Source of the DNA: the human T2T-CHM13v2.0 reference genome, Homo sapiens
Direction: 5' to 3' (one strand)
DNA: 64,000 nucleotides
Assembly (NCBI RefSeq): GCF_009914755.1
Contig: NC_060937.1
Shown: piece by piece, positions 43,194-58,150 of the stretch
How positions within the stretch are numbered: the stretch's first letter is position 1
Layout of the letters: each line of letters begins with the position of its first letter
Made by a program: the position numbers and the translations under genes
Notes under the pieces: generated by a model
What the model was told of the DNA's origin: nothing
Databases searched by the model: none
Seen by the model: only the letters and a program-made list of their open reading frames with translations

Positions 43194-43745
43194 TGTTAGA
43201 CAGATTGTAAGGTTGCCCTCCATAATCTCACCTTCTGTTATTCATGCCTTTCTGTATTATTCTCTACTTCAGTGTAGACAGGACTTATAACTTGGTTCTA
43301 TGGCTTCTAAACAGTAGAATATGTCAAAAAATATTTCATGTCACTTTCATAATTACATCGTGTTATGTAACACTCCATCTTGCCAGCAAACTTGGGCTCA
43401 CCCTAGTGACTCTCCTCCAGTGCTTGAGGAAGTAAGTAGCCATGTTGGGGATCCCCATGTGGCTAGTACTGTGAGCATTTTCTAGGAACTGAAAACGGCA
43501 TACAGCAAGAAGCTGGGACTTTCAGTGCTACAATAGTAGGAAAAACAAATTCTGCCAACAACCTGACGGATTATGGAAGCAAGCCTCCAGATGAGAGTGC
43601 AGTCCAGCCTACTCCTTATGAAACCCTTAACAGACAACCAGATAAAGACACGCTTGGACACCTGAGCCATGGAATCTATGTGATAAATGCTTTTATAAAC
43701 TGTTAAGTTTGCAATAACTTTTTATAGGAATGTAAAACTAATACA
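43194..43745 (+). mobile_element. MaLR solo LTR, MLT1E-like
   Basis: ctccatcttgccagcaaact, agccatgttgggga, cagcaagaagctgggac, ttctgccaacaacctga and terminal aactaataca. Confidence 0.8.
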
Positions 43746-43769
43746 TCTCCCAATGGAGACATTTTCAAA

Positions 43770-43990
43770 TCTATTCATTGAATAAACCTGTTTTATATGG
43801 CTATTCTATGTGAATCAAGAACGATGATAGATGAGAATATATCATCAATGAATAAGATACAATCCCCGACTTTGAGGAGCTCAAATTAATTAGTAAGAGT
43901 GAATCATAGAGATAAGTAATATGCAACATATTAAGTGGTATAATAGAATCAAGAAATGAATATTAGAGGCAAGGAGTTATATGTTCATAG
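43770..43990 (-). mobile_element. L2 3' fragment
   Basis: aatgaataagatacaatccccgactttgaggagctca resembles the antisense L2 tail. Confidence 0.55.
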
Positions 43991-44014
43991 GATAGGTTCT
44001 TTCAAAACTTTGCA

Positions 44015-44341
44015 TTTATTATTTTATTATTTTAATTTTTACTTATTTTTTGAGACAGGGTCTTGCTTTGTCACCCAGGCTAGAGTGTAGTGGCAATATT
44101 ACAGCTCACTGCAGACTCAAACTCCTGGTCTCAAGCTATTCTCCTGCCTCAGCCTCTGGAGTAGCTGGAAGTACTGTCACATGCCACCATGCATCACTTT
44201 TTTTTTTTTTTTTTTTTTTTATTTAGAAATAGGGTCTCGCAATGTTGCCCAGGCTGGTCTCAAACAACAGGTATGAGACAGACATATGGTCTCAGCCTGC
44301 CAAAGTGCTGGGATTACAGGTGTGAGTCACTGTGCCTGACC
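44015..44341 (-). mobile_element. AluJ (Jo-like), followed by (TTTG)n at 44346-44380
   Basis: gagacagggtcttgc, acagctcactgcagactcaaactcctgg and gggtctcgcaatgttgcccagg. Confidence 0.9.
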
Positions 44342-44499
44342 ATCTTGTTTGTTTGTTTGTTTGTTTGTTTGTTTTGTTTTAATCCGCAGTATAATCCTAT
44401 TATTTAAAAAATGTAATTTCTTGTTGAAATCAGGTCAGTTTTACTATACATCTATTCACTCATTTTTTATGCTATTTAATATTTTTGCTGTATCTTCTG

Positions 44500-45780
44500 T
44501 ATTTCCTACACACGGGACTCAGCTTTAAACCTCATTTTGAGTCAGGTTATATTCTTTTCTGCAAGAATGCAGTCACATTGGTGCTGTGTAGTTTCTGTTG
44601 TAACATATCAAAATACAAAGTCTTGCTGTCTTCTAAGATATCTGGGAGTTAAGTGGTGACTTATCCCTTCATTATATAATTTCTCCTCAGGCTTTCATCT
44701 TCTAATTTCATCTATTAATGATTTTTGCTTGAGTCATTTATTAGTGATTGAAAAATAATGATTGTCTAATTTTCATATTCCTTCCACATTTACTAGTTGA
44801 AATTCTTTTGGCAAAGAAAACTTTCTTTCATCAACTAGAGTTATTTGATTACCTTGAGATATAAGTATACAAGAAAGTCAAAATAAATACGTTAATTTTC
44901 TCTGTCTGCCAAATTTTAGGATAAGAAGTTAATACTTCAATGATGACCCTCAAATTTTAGAACTACATTTTACTTAGGTCACCTTGGTTTTTTTAAAAAG
45001 TATTATTATAAACTTCAGGAATTTTATATCCCATTTGCTTTGAACATATGAATATGTAATATTCATATATTAATAATTGAAACATTATTTTAAAAAATAT
45101 ATAATTTGTTTCATTTCTTAAAGTCATGATTGAAAGTGACCCACTTCCGGGCCAATAGGGTCCTTCCTGTTGATGCCTCTCTCCTTTGACACACCTTCTT
45201 GTTTTGTCAGCTTCCTTGTCTTCTGACACAGTGGTCCTAGGATCGCCATTCTTCTGAAGAGCTGTTTATCTAATGGGAAATGGTATTTAGAGTTCACAGT
45301 TTTGGGTCTAGTGGTTGGGACACTTGCCATTTAGAGGTTATAGCTTCTTGACCTTCTGAGTGGGCAAATGTAAAAAATAGGAATTTTTGAAAAAAAAACT
45401 AAATTTTATCTATTTCAATTTTAACATTTCAGGGCTTTTCTATAATTTCCTTTATTCTGAAAAGCTGTATTTAACCTCTTGAAAATGTTTTTCTTTATAT
45501 TGATGCATACAATTATATGTACAATATTATTTAATAATTTCAAAGTATTACAGCTTTTTGAATTACTGGAAAAAATAAAGAATTGACACTCAAGATCTCC
45601 TCATAACTGTTTCTGTTCTTTGACTATATCTCACTATGGATATACAATCAAAATACTTTTAACTTTTGTTTTAATTTTATATTTTAAACACACAAAATAT
45701 TAGGATGCCTTCAAAGTCTAGTTATATAATAAAATATAATCAGAGATATATCATTCACATCGTTGGCTCCTACACCCTGA
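44500..45780 (-). mobile_element. Old L1MC4/5-type 3' region
   Basis: tattccttccacatttactagttgaaattct and aatgggaaatggtatttagag resemble the recalled L1MC 3'UTR. Confidence 0.55.
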
Positions 45781-46148
45781 TCTCATCATTCACAGCTGAT
45801 TTTCTAATTGTAATACAGAGATCTACTGACTGCCACAAAATCTCACATGCTACACAACTTGATATTCTTTAGACTAGCATAAGCAAAAAACCCTTTTCAA
45901 TTTTAGACATATTGGTATCACTTCTTTATTTTTTATTATTTTTATTACTATGTTCAATGTTAGTTTTTCTTTTCAGCATTTTGAAGATATTATTTACAAG
46001 GGATTTCCTTTCATGATTATTAACATATACAATATCTAGGTTAATGGTGTTATTGAATATGTTTATAAAATATAATGATTAAAAAGCACTAAAATCATTT
46101 TTAAAATATTCATTAAATATTCTTTTTAAAAATATAAAAGTATGTTAA

Positions 46149-46490
<342 letters not shown>

Positions 46491-46589
46491 TAAATACTTT
46501 TAAATATTTGGTCTTTTTTACTTACTGCCATTTTAGCTAACTCCAAAATCAAGCTGTCTTTCTCTTTTAAGAACATTTTGGAGGCTTTT

Positions 46590-46830
46590 ACTTTCATAAA
46601 TAACAGTTGAGGTATAATTAAGCTGTGATAACAGTCATTATTTTAAAGTGCACAATTACTGGTTTTTAATTTATTTAGAGTTGTACAACCATCACCATTA
46701 TCTAATTTTATAGCATCGCATTTTTTTCACCCCCAAAAGAAACTGTACCTGCTAGCAGTTACTCCACAATCTCCCCCAACCCCCCAGGTTCTGAAAAACA
46801 CTAATCTTTCTTTCTTCATGAATTTGCCTC
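46590..46830 (-). mobile_element. L1MB-type 3' end
   Basis: ttgaggtataatt, gagttgtacaaccatcacca and tcacccccaaaagaaac. Confidence 0.75.
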
Positions 46831-47166
46831 AAAATATTCCTTTTTAATGAAACTTGCTAATTCTCTATAGATTTTATTGCCATACAAACGGGTAGAGTTT
46901 GAAAGATCAAGGAACCAATCAAATCGTGACATCAAGGAAGAATAAACACTGAAGAAACTTAGTGATTATTAGTTGACTACAGTTAGGAAAGTCGCAAGAG
47001 AGAAGAATTTTCTTTAGGGGCGTATTGTCCTTTGTATAAAGACTACAAGCTAGTTAGGGATTGTATCAGAGAAATGGCAATTGTCCCTTTGACAAACCAT
47101 AAAAAAAAGTGCTTAGGGCAAATCAATCGTTTGAGCAGCAACATTAATATGTTGGGAAAAATGTAC

Positions 47167-48133
47167 TTTTAAAAAATTGAAGCATAATGATCATACATAT
47201 TTATGGGGTACAATTGATGTTTGTCTCTATATATATTGCATAATGAGCAAATCAGGGTAATTATTATATTTACCATCTGAAACATTTATCGTATCTTTGG
47301 AGTGAGAACATTCAAAATCCTTTCTCCTAGCTATTTTGATATGTACCTTACATTGCTGTTAACTATAGTCACTGATATGGTTTGCCTCTGTGTCCCCACC
47401 AAATCTCATCTTGATTTGTAATTCTCATAATCCCCACTTGTCGAAGAAAGGAACTGGTGAGAGGTGATTGGATCATGGGGGTGGCATTCCCTATGCTGTT
47501 CTTGTGATAGTGAGTGAGTTCCAAGGAGATCTGGTTATTTAGTAAGTGTCTGGTGCTTCCCCGTTTTGATCTTCTTCTCTCTTCCTGCAACTTTGTGAAG
47601 AAGGTACTTGATTCTCCTTTACCTTCCACTATGAGTGTAAGTTTACTGAGGCCTCCAGCTAGGTGGGACTATGAATCAATTAAATCTCTTCCTTTACAGA
47701 TTACCCAGTCTAGGTACTTCTTTGTAGCAGGGTGAAAACAGACTAATACAGTCACCCTACTGAGCAATCAAGCAATTGATTATTCCTTCTATCTAATTGT
47801 AACTTTGTAACATTGACCAGCTTCTCTTCATTCTTACCTCTCTGCTGTTATCCCCCACCTCAGCCTCTAGGTAACCATCATTCTACTCTCTGCTTCTATA
47901 AGATCAACTTTATTAGATTCCACATATGAGAAAGATCATGTGATATTTGTCTTTCTGTGTTGGGCTTATTTTACTTAACATTATGCATTGCTATCTCATT
48001 CATGTTGTTGAAAATGACAGGATTTCATTCTTTTTCACAGATGAATAGTATTCCATTATATAAGTATACATATTTTTTATACATTCATCTGCTGTAGGAG
48101 ACTTAGGTTGATTCCATATCTTGATTATTATGA
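47167..48133 (-). mobile_element. L1MA-type 3' end, split by a THE1 LTR
   Basis: catatttatggggtaca, gtgagaacattcaaaatc and tagattccacatatgag. The sequence is collinear across the LTR. Confidence 0.88.
47373..47750 (+). mobile_element. THE1 solo LTR (D-like)
   Basis: tgatatggtttg...gactaataca with perfect 5-bp TSD gtcac (47368-47372 and 47751-47755). Confidence 0.94.
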
Positions 48134-48751
48134 TGGGAAATTTTTAAATCTAAAAATGTAAGAATAGAGAGTTTTCTAACATGAAAACATTAATATTAGT
48201 TTTAAAGAATTAGAAAATGTCAGAATAGTTATAATGACCCAATCGTGGTTTTAAAACTATTTTCTAATCAGTGTGTTTTATTATTATTAAGAAATTATCT
48301 TTTTTAACTATAAATTCTTAGTTTTCTTCTACGTTAGTTTGAATGTAACTTGTATTTCCAAATTAACAGTATCAGGATTTATAGAGATTGAGTACCCAAA
48401 TATTGATTGAATTATCTCATTTTCTGTCTTTGTAACTTTGTCAAACAACAGTATCTTGAACCTCAATGATCTTGTGCATTAAAGAATGATAATGTTTATA
48501 CTTCATTATAATGTAGTAGGAATAAGGGAGAAAAATAACACATTTTAATTCTAATAATTTTCTTTTCACATTTTACATGTCTGAAACTAGGGTGCAAGTT
48601 ATAACTGATAGTATCTTATAATTAATTGAATAGATGTCTTCTTTGTTATTTAGATATATTTCACAAATGGTAAAGTTTTGGTTTGAAGTAATATAGTGCA
48701 TATATTGCCTAATAAGATACTTATCACTAGTAGGAATTCTATAAATGGCAA

Positions 48752-49119
48752 TGATATGATTTGGCTATGTTCCCAACCAAATCTCATCTTGAATTGTGGT
48801 TCCCATTATCCCCACGTGTCATGAGAGGGACCTGGTAGGAGGTAATTGAATCATGGGAGCAGTTACTCTATGGAGTTTTCATGATAGTGAGTGAGTTCTC
48901 ACAAGATCTGATGGTTTTATAAGGGACTTTTCCCCCTTTGTTTAGTACTTCTCTCCCCTGCCGCCTTGTGAAGAAGGATGTGTTTGCTTCTCCTTCCTCC
49001 ATGATGTAAGTTTCCTGAGGTCTTTCCAGCCATGCAGATCTGTGAGTTAAACTTCTTTCCTTTATAAGTTACCGAGTCTCAGGTATTTCTCCATAGCAGC
49101 ATTAGAAGGAATTAATACA
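48752..49119 (+). mobile_element. THE1 solo LTR (B/C-like)
   Basis: tgatatgatttggct...taataca with TSD ggcaa/gacaa. Confidence 0.92.
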
Positions 49120-49564
49120 GACAATATCTATTATGCCAGACTGTTTGTTCATTTTCTTCTGTGACCAGGCACCTGCAAGGGTAGTGTCAAGAAACTGCTG
49201 AACTGTTGGTTGTTTATTCAAGTGTATCTATTCTATGTCAGTATTAAAGAAAGATGTATCCAACAAATAAACAAACCAACCAAACAAACAAAAACTGAGT
49301 TTTATTCATGTTTGCCTAAATGATTTCTAATTAAAGATCTCATCCCTAGGAATGTCCTTTTAGGAATCTCAGCCTTGGAAAAAAAATGTCACAGACATCT
49401 GCATGTGTGTGTATTATCCTTGCTAATAAACTATAATGTCCATGAAGATAGGCATTATGATATGCATCATTAGATCTGTAATAACACAATTTCAACTTGC
49501 ATATTCTAGGTAACCAATTCTAACTAATACATATGTGAACTTTAGTTCTGAAATAAAACAAACT

Positions 49565-49904
49565 AATTAAGTAATGCAATCATGAAAGGACATGGAAGAA
49601 ACTTCAATGCATATTAGTAAGTGAAAGAAGCCTACATGAAAAGGCTCATATGTATGACACCAACTATATGACATTCTCAGAAAGGCAAATCTATGAAAAT
49701 AGTAAAAGAATCTGTGATTGTCAGGGAATAGTGAGGAGGAAGGAAGCAGAACACAGAGGATTTTCAGGGCAGTGAAAAGAATGTTTATGATACTCCAGTT
49801 GTGAATACATGTCATTATACATTTGGACAATTCATCAATTATATTCTCTGTATTTTCCGTTCACTTTTGCTGTGAACCTAAAACTGGTCTAAAAATGTTT
49901 ATTA
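49565..49904 (+). mobile_element. L1MC1/2-type 3' end
   Basis: catgaaaggacatggaagaaactt, aagtgaaagaagcc and ttttgctgtgaacctaaaactg. Flanked by tgaaataaaacaaa (49549-49562 and 49905-49918). Confidence 0.85.
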
Positions 49905-52212
49905 TGAAATAAAACAAATTCAGAAAAATATACTATATAAAAGTAATTTTTGAATATTGAGCAAATACACACAGTATTTATAAAAATAAGAAAGGCATAA
50001 AAATCATGCAACAACAAATACCCTATTTCCTACCAAGCAGTCTAAAAATATTTTAATTATTTTAAATACATTATGGATTCCTTACCTATTCAATTTCCTC
50101 TCTCTTTGTGTTTCATCGTAGCTTTTTTTTTATTTTATCGAGTTTTTACCCATAAATAATATGTTGTTTATTTGTGCATGTTTTTAAATACTGCATAAAA
50201 GAAACACAGTGCACGTGTATTTTGTTTCTGCCTCTGATCGAGACATTACCTTGTGCTTGTTATATATGTGTATATTTTAAATACAAGTGAAACAAAGCCC
50301 TATTAGTATTATAATTTGTTTACATAATCTAGACATATTATAATGAGTCAGTTATTAGACATATCTCATGCGATTTGTCCTCCTGTCTTAGTTTGAATGG
50401 AAGCAGGTGTCTCCTCCACCGTGGAACTAGAGAAGGGGGATGGCACTTTCTCTTGACTAGATTCCAAGCTAGATGGCTACATGTGAGAATATACTGAGTT
50501 CTCACTTCTGCTCCTTGATGTTAGACAGTGGGAAAAACATGAACATCATCCTATTATATGTGCATAATGAAAGGTTCAAAGAGTAATTTATGCTTAAATG
50601 TTTTTTTTTAATTTAACACGGGGTTAACCAATAATAGCAAGATGTGTTACTATACTTTCTCCTAGATCCTTTCTGTGGAAAGCACAACTGACTCTGTTCT
50701 CAGTGGACTCTGCTTACGTGGCATGACAATCCATGTTGACTGGCCATTGTGGAGTGGCTTCTCAAAGGGGTAGCATATTTTTAAAAAATGATTTAATAAT
50801 CAAAGTGCTACAAAAAACCCTTCATATTCCTGAATCATTTTGAGATGCTAGAAATTTCTTCAAAATGAAGAAATGAAAAAAGGTTTCTCTAATATTTGTC
50901 TCAGTAATTGTTTAGATTACAAGTGACAAAAAAATTCACCTCAAACTAAAAAAACAAAATGGGTAATGTTTCATCCCTGGACCAGTTCTCTGATGCAGAC
51001 ATATTAGTTACTGTAAACACCTGAATCGTGTTCTCATACTTGAAGTTTAAAGGGCAGAATACTGAGTTTAAAATTACCCATTCCAACACCATCATTGGAA
51101 CAGGGGAAATAGTTCCTTGAAGTAGAGAAATGTACTGAATTGCTGGATTATCCTTGTTTAGAGGCTCAGGACCAAATCTGTCACTTATGTTAAGATTAAT
51201 GTATTGTCTTTATCTTATAACTGAACTAAAAGATGTAAACTATTTTACCCACTTGGATAAGGAATGGGAGGACATTGCAGCTGAATGTTCTTAGTTTACA
51301 TTGTTTTATTTTTTTCTGTTTTGTTTTGTCAGTCTTTGGCAACAACCTTAGGTTGAATCAATTCCCAGTTTCAGGTGCTCTGGTCACCCCTGTGAGCAGG
51401 AAGGCAGTACTGGATTTGCTTTTGAATGTTCTCTCTCTCTTGTTCTTTCTGTTATTTACCATTCTGTACTATTATACCTTGGATTGTCTATTATGAAAGT
51501 ATTATTAGTAGAATCCCATTCCTAGATGGCCAAGTAAAGACAAGGGATTAACCTAAGCAATCAATTAAAAAATAAAATCCAACTTTAAAAACACTCTGTC
51601 AAATCCTGTAGGCCAATGAGACTGACAATTCAGCTCATAGATCCAACGTGATGATACTTCAGATAAACACAACCACGATGGGTAGGGGCTGTTTTCTGAG
51701 ATAAGTAGGGAGACAAGTCTACTTTTCTTTCTCTTTTCGTGCATATGAATAACCTCTTAGAGAGGTTGGAAGTGGAAATATGTCCATGCCAGCACAGCCT
51801 TATAAAATTAGAGAAACGGTCTCATAGACATGTAATTCAATGGTGTCTGCTTCTTGTTAATTAGCTTGGGAAAATGAGATCTGTTGACATCGTTTTTAAT
51901 GGCCTTTTAAAATGGTTCTGTGGTCACTGGCCTGTTTAAAGAAAGGTCTCCTCACTGACTCTGAGTGTCTGGTCTTCCCACAGACTATTAGTAACAAGTC
52001 AGTATGTCTGACTTATGTCTAACATCCCTCTACAACTTAACGAATGATCAGTAATTAAAATTATTCTTCACATTTTAACATCATCTTTAACTTTTGCTTA
52101 AGGCTTTTATTCTGTCGTAAAATTGTTGAGATATTGTTTATATACTTTATTAAAATATTAGAAGTAAATATTTCTGGTAGAATATAGAACCTGAACAAAG
52201 TTCTACTAATAT

Positions 52213-52214
<2 letters not shown>

Positions 52215-52255
<41 letters not shown>
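52215..52255. repeat. Perfect (CA)20 microsatellite
   Basis: Directly visible. Confidence 0.97.
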
Positions 52256-52257
<2 letters not shown>

Positions 52258-53029
52258 TAATAGGTATGTTTCATGCATTAGGAAAACTTTCAACAACACA
52301 GGATTTTCTACATAAAGAATATAGACCTAAATATAAAGGACTTCTTTTTCCAGGATTAGTGGGTATAGAGTTTCATTTTGGACTTAAAATGGACTTAAAT
52401 ATCTCTTGATGCATTTTTTCTCTGTTCTTCTTAACGTAGTGAGCTAGTCAGGTTTATTCTTCTATACTCTACCTCTTTATTATTCTGTATTCTATAAAAT
52501 ATTCTGAAAGACTTGGCATTTTAACCATTCAATGTGAAGCTTAAATTGGGTAGATACAAATGTTATATCTTCACAGTTCATATAACTTCTGTTGTACTAT
52601 TTTTAAAAATGTACTTTATTGATGCTTTTAATTACCTGTTACTCTAAGTTGTTTTCTTTTTCTTGAAGAGATAGGCTTACTTTATGCTCTTTTGAGAAAC
52701 TTAAAAATAACCCAAGTTAGATAAGTTACACTTCAATTGCCTGTTGTTCCTTAAAGTAAAAACTTCATGAAAATGCTGCTACTTCAGCCTACAATTCAAA
52801 CAATCACACAAGTTCTTCTCCTGACACAGAAGTGCTATATGCAGAATTCTCATTTTTATACAACAAACCTTAAAACAATGTTTACTCAGGGACCAGGAAT
52901 AAATGAAATTAAATAAATAATAATTATTAATATTTTTCTGTTTAATAAATTTTCACCAAAAGTACCCTTAAAGGAAATTAGTATTTTTCTCCTGGAACTG
53001 CTTAGGGGTAAGGAATTCAATGACTGGCA

Positions 53030-53221
53030 TGGCTGTTTGGTTTCATTGCCTTGGTACTTGGTAAGCTGCTGGTAGTTTTACTCACCACTGTTTTTGCACC
53101 CATCATAGTGAAAACAAAAATATTGTCTTAGTAGTACAAGGAAAATTGTTTTCACCATGCACCCCTGGAAGTGCCCAGCTGACAAGCAGGGATTTGCTGA
53201 CAACATATTAAGAGCAACTGG
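53030..53221. mobile_element. hAT-Charlie-like DNA transposon end
   Basis: gtcttagtagtacaaggaaaattgttttcacc...cccctggaag...aagagcaactg resembles a recalled Charlie4-type terminus. Confidence 0.45.
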
Positions 53222-53329
53222 TCTGGGGACTCAGCATTATCTCTTGTTCTGCAGACTTCAGTAGTTGAAAGTGAGTAGCTTTTGTCTCTGTGGTGATCTC
53301 TTTGTTGTTCATGAAAATATCTCATCATA

Positions 53330-53680
53330 ATAAAAAAAGAAATTTATTTCTTGCTGAAATTTAAACCTCTTGTGGTATTGGGTGAAACTCCAGAGCAGTT
53401 GTTCTCTATTAGGTAGTGTTTCTGACTGCTTTGTTTTTGTTTACATAGCATCTCCTCCCAACACATGCTTTCAAGATCACTGTGGCAGACGCAAAAAGTG
53501 CCAGAGGGCCTTGCAATGGCAGTTACAGCCCTGGCCCGGTAGTGACACACACATTGTTTCCCCTAATTATTCACTGGATAGAAACGATCGTATGACTCAC
53601 ACCTAACTTCAAAGTCCTTGGAGATGTAATGATCCCATATACCCAGACACTCAAGAGAATCAGATAAGAACACTAAAAGA
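53330..53680 (-). mobile_element. Old MLT1-type LTR fragment
   Basis: ttcactggatagaaacgatcgtatgactcacacctaacttcaaag..ggagatgtaat. Confidence 0.45.
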
Positions 53681-55086
53681 CTCTATTCCATCTCATTATT
53701 CGCACATCTGTTCAATATTTTTGGAGTTCCTATAGGTACCAAGAATCTTGCTAGACAATTTTGGTAAGAAGTCACAGGCATTTCTTGGCCTCTGTCAAGG
53801 GAAATTGAGGTAGATAAATAATAAAGTATGATAAATGCTTTAATGAAGTAAGTACCTGGCAGGGTTTCAGATACTATTGAGGTGTGGTATAAGGAGATCA
53901 CAAACAGACTCATTGGCCCAGTCACCTGGAGGAGACTGTTAACCTCACAAGAGCTATTTCTATGCAGCACAGGGATTAGATTTGATTCTAGTAAAATAAA
54001 GAATTTGAGAAGGTGATATAGAAGAGGTATACAAAGGGTAATTTTAAATAAATCTTGCGGATAATTTGAAGAATTGCCTCAAAGACAATGAAGACCCCTG
54101 AGGCCAATATGTTTGGTAAAGTTGAGAGAGTAGCAAAGGCTGAAAGTAATTAAAATGGGGCCAAAATAAAGCCTTTTTTTTTTTTTTACATTGTTGGGCA
54201 TTGTAGTCTTTGGTGAAATGCCAACTTGCAGATACTAATCAAATTATTTTTTTTGAAATTAAAGGTTTTTTTTCTAGTCAATGTCTGCTAAGGATGCTGA
54301 ACATAAACTTGAATGTCATATTCCTGCTTTACTTTGATCATGGATGGGGCGTTGTTTGGCAAAAGGACTTGAAGTTTAGGCTCTCAACAGAGGCTTTCTG
54401 CTGAAAGAGGAGATGTATGCTCCTCTGTCAGGCAAACAACAGAAGGGGTTTTGTTTAAGGCCACATAAGCTTAAAACTGGCAGATGCCCTTACTTCCAGC
54501 AGCTTAAAGTGTTCAGTCTGAACAAAGCATTCATCATTGAGCATACAATGAAGACTTCTAGATGTCAAAGGAAGAGATGGTTAGATGATTAGGATGCCAT
54601 TTCAGCAAACAAAATGGACTACTTTCATTCACTTTTGGAATAATTGTCCTTTTTTTCCCTAAATTTCACGATACCATCTCTTCACTTTCAACAAAACAAA
54701 TAACAAAGCTTTGATTGTAAGCACTAGTTTTAATCATTGTCCAAACAGGAAAAAAATAAGTTAATAATTGCTTAAGGAAAATTATGTCTATAAATAAAGC
54801 TCACTTTGCTATTCAAGTGAATTTTAAAAAGAAAAATCTCTATATTTATAAAAAATATGTGTAAATGTTTTTAATAAAAAGCTGTCTAGTTATTAAAGTT
54901 TATGCCTCTATGACTTTGTATATTATGTTGAAATTTAAATAAACAGGAAAAACCTGTAATGATTACATTATAATATCCTATTTCTTGAGACATTTTTTTC
55001 ATGTGTGTATTTTTTGTATGTGTGTTTGCATTTAAAGGTGTTTCTTAATACAAAGCGAATATTTACATATTCTCATTTCTGTATGA

Positions 55087-55423
<337 letters not shown>

Positions 55424-56994
55424 TAATTCTTGATTCTTGATAAGTCACCTATGTTAAATTTGATGTAGGACCAAAGTTTTCCAATTTCAGAAAAATTATA
55501 AGTTATGATCACTTTAATAATTTTTTAATTTATCTTTAACTCAACTCACACTCAACTCATTTTTTATTTTGATTTTTCAGCTTTAAATTATTATATATTT
55601 ATATTTATTGTATTTTGCCAGAAAATAATGTTCTTTTCCAATTCCTGATGAATGACATATGCCAGTTTGTCTATGTGCAATTTTCACTTGAAAATGCTGA
55701 CAATTTGAAAAATCAAGTAATTCTTACAGAATTTATCCCTCCATTACTGCATCATTGCTATTGCTGTTGTTTTTGATAAACCCAGTTTTTTGCAGAGATT
55801 GATATTCCTTGAATCAGACAGATCTGTGTCAATACCCTGAATCTTGTATTTACTGTTTAACCCCTCATGCAAGTTACCTAATGCTGATACATAAAGTGGC
55901 ATGCATCCTACCATGCCAAAAAGATTACATGATTCATTGCATATAAGCATTTCAAAAAGCAGACACATAGTAAGCATTCAAAAAATCATAGTTATTTTTT
56001 TCTATTAGTATGGCTTTTGAAACTGAAAAGCAGGCTTTCAGGATAAGACAATGAGCAGTTAAAGATACATGAAATAAAGAGAATGGGTAAGAAAGTTAGA
56101 GTTAAAACATATTTTCTTGAAGGTGAACATTTATCATACTCCTCAAGCATTATTAATGTGATAGAAAAATAATCATAATAAAGTGCATACTCACGAGGGG
56201 AAAATGATAAGAAAGAACGGCTTACAGAAGCACAGTAATTGTGTCAGTAAAGAATATAAAAAAATGAAAGCTAAGAGCTTGCACAGAACAATAGTAACCG
56301 GAAGCAAGACAGTTCTCAGAATCCCAAGAGGACTTAAAACACTGAAATACCAGAAACTGTGAATATTGAGATCAGTGTGGGGATAGAATAAAACTATGGA
56401 TGTGGAAAAGTTAGTTTTTTTAAAATTGCCTCCGTAATTAAAGGAGCTTCTAAATCCACACGGCACCTAATATTTATCCTCTGGACTGTGTACAATGAGA
56501 GAAATTAGATTTAGGTACATGTAATAAAAAACATTGAAGCTAACGTGCTAAATTGAAATTTGTTCCAAAACAGCAAGAAGCTGAGCAGTCTTCTCAAATT
56601 CTAATCTAAGAACATTGGCAGTAAGTTGTAGACAGCCAAAGAAAGGTCACTTTTTTTTTCTAAAAAACCTGGAATTTTCCCAGAAATATAAATAAACCTG
56701 TACGTTTGGAAATGGTATAATGGGAAAAATATTAAGTTTTTTTATCCAGTCACTATGGAGCACAGCTTTTTTCAAACAGATAGCTAACAATAGGCTATGA
56801 AATTCTTCTTTTTGAAACATAATCAGAAAACCAGAGACCAACAAACATTCAGAAAATGATGCAAATACAAGACAGACACTAAAACATATACACAAAAAGT
56901 GAAAATATTTGAAGATAACAGAGACAGTGCAAAGAGTACTAAACAAACAAAAACATATACAACCTGAGATAATAAACAATATTGAACTTGAATC

Positions 56995-57720
<726 letters not shown>

Positions 57721-57977
57721 TATGATTGATCATTCCAAGTTTGTAGCATAGTCTTTTAAATATGAATATGATGCTAGCAACTAAGATTTTTAAAAAAGAT
57801 ACAGTTTTTATATGTTGTAACTAACAGCAGGTAATAAATTCAGTTGTGAAAATGGAATGGACAAATGAAGATATCTTAGACTGTGAAAAAAATTAAAAAC
57901 CAACACCACCACTAAACAGATTACTATAAGAAATGATAAATTGGAAACCAAAAATTTTAGAAAGAATGATAAAAATA

Positions 57978-58150
57978 GGCCGAGTACAGTGGCTCATGCT
58001 TGTAATCTCAGCACTTTGGGAGGCCGAGACGGGTGGATCACCTGAAGTCAGGAGTTCAAAACCAGCCTGGCCAACATGGTAAAACCCTGTCTCTACTAAA
58101 AATACAAAAATTAGCCAGGCGTGGTGGTGTGCACCTGTAATCCCAGGTAC
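57978..58150 (+). mobile_element. 3'-truncated AluS (left arm, linker and about 35 nt of the right arm; no tail)
   Basis: Homology stops abruptly after ctgtaatcccaggtac. Confidence 0.9.

Noticed and set aside
47373-49119. Two same-strand THE1 LTRs as one provirus
   Set aside because: Each LTR has its own TSD (gtcac/gtcac and ggcaa/gacaa), and the intervening DNA is L1MA and other old sequence, not THE1-int.
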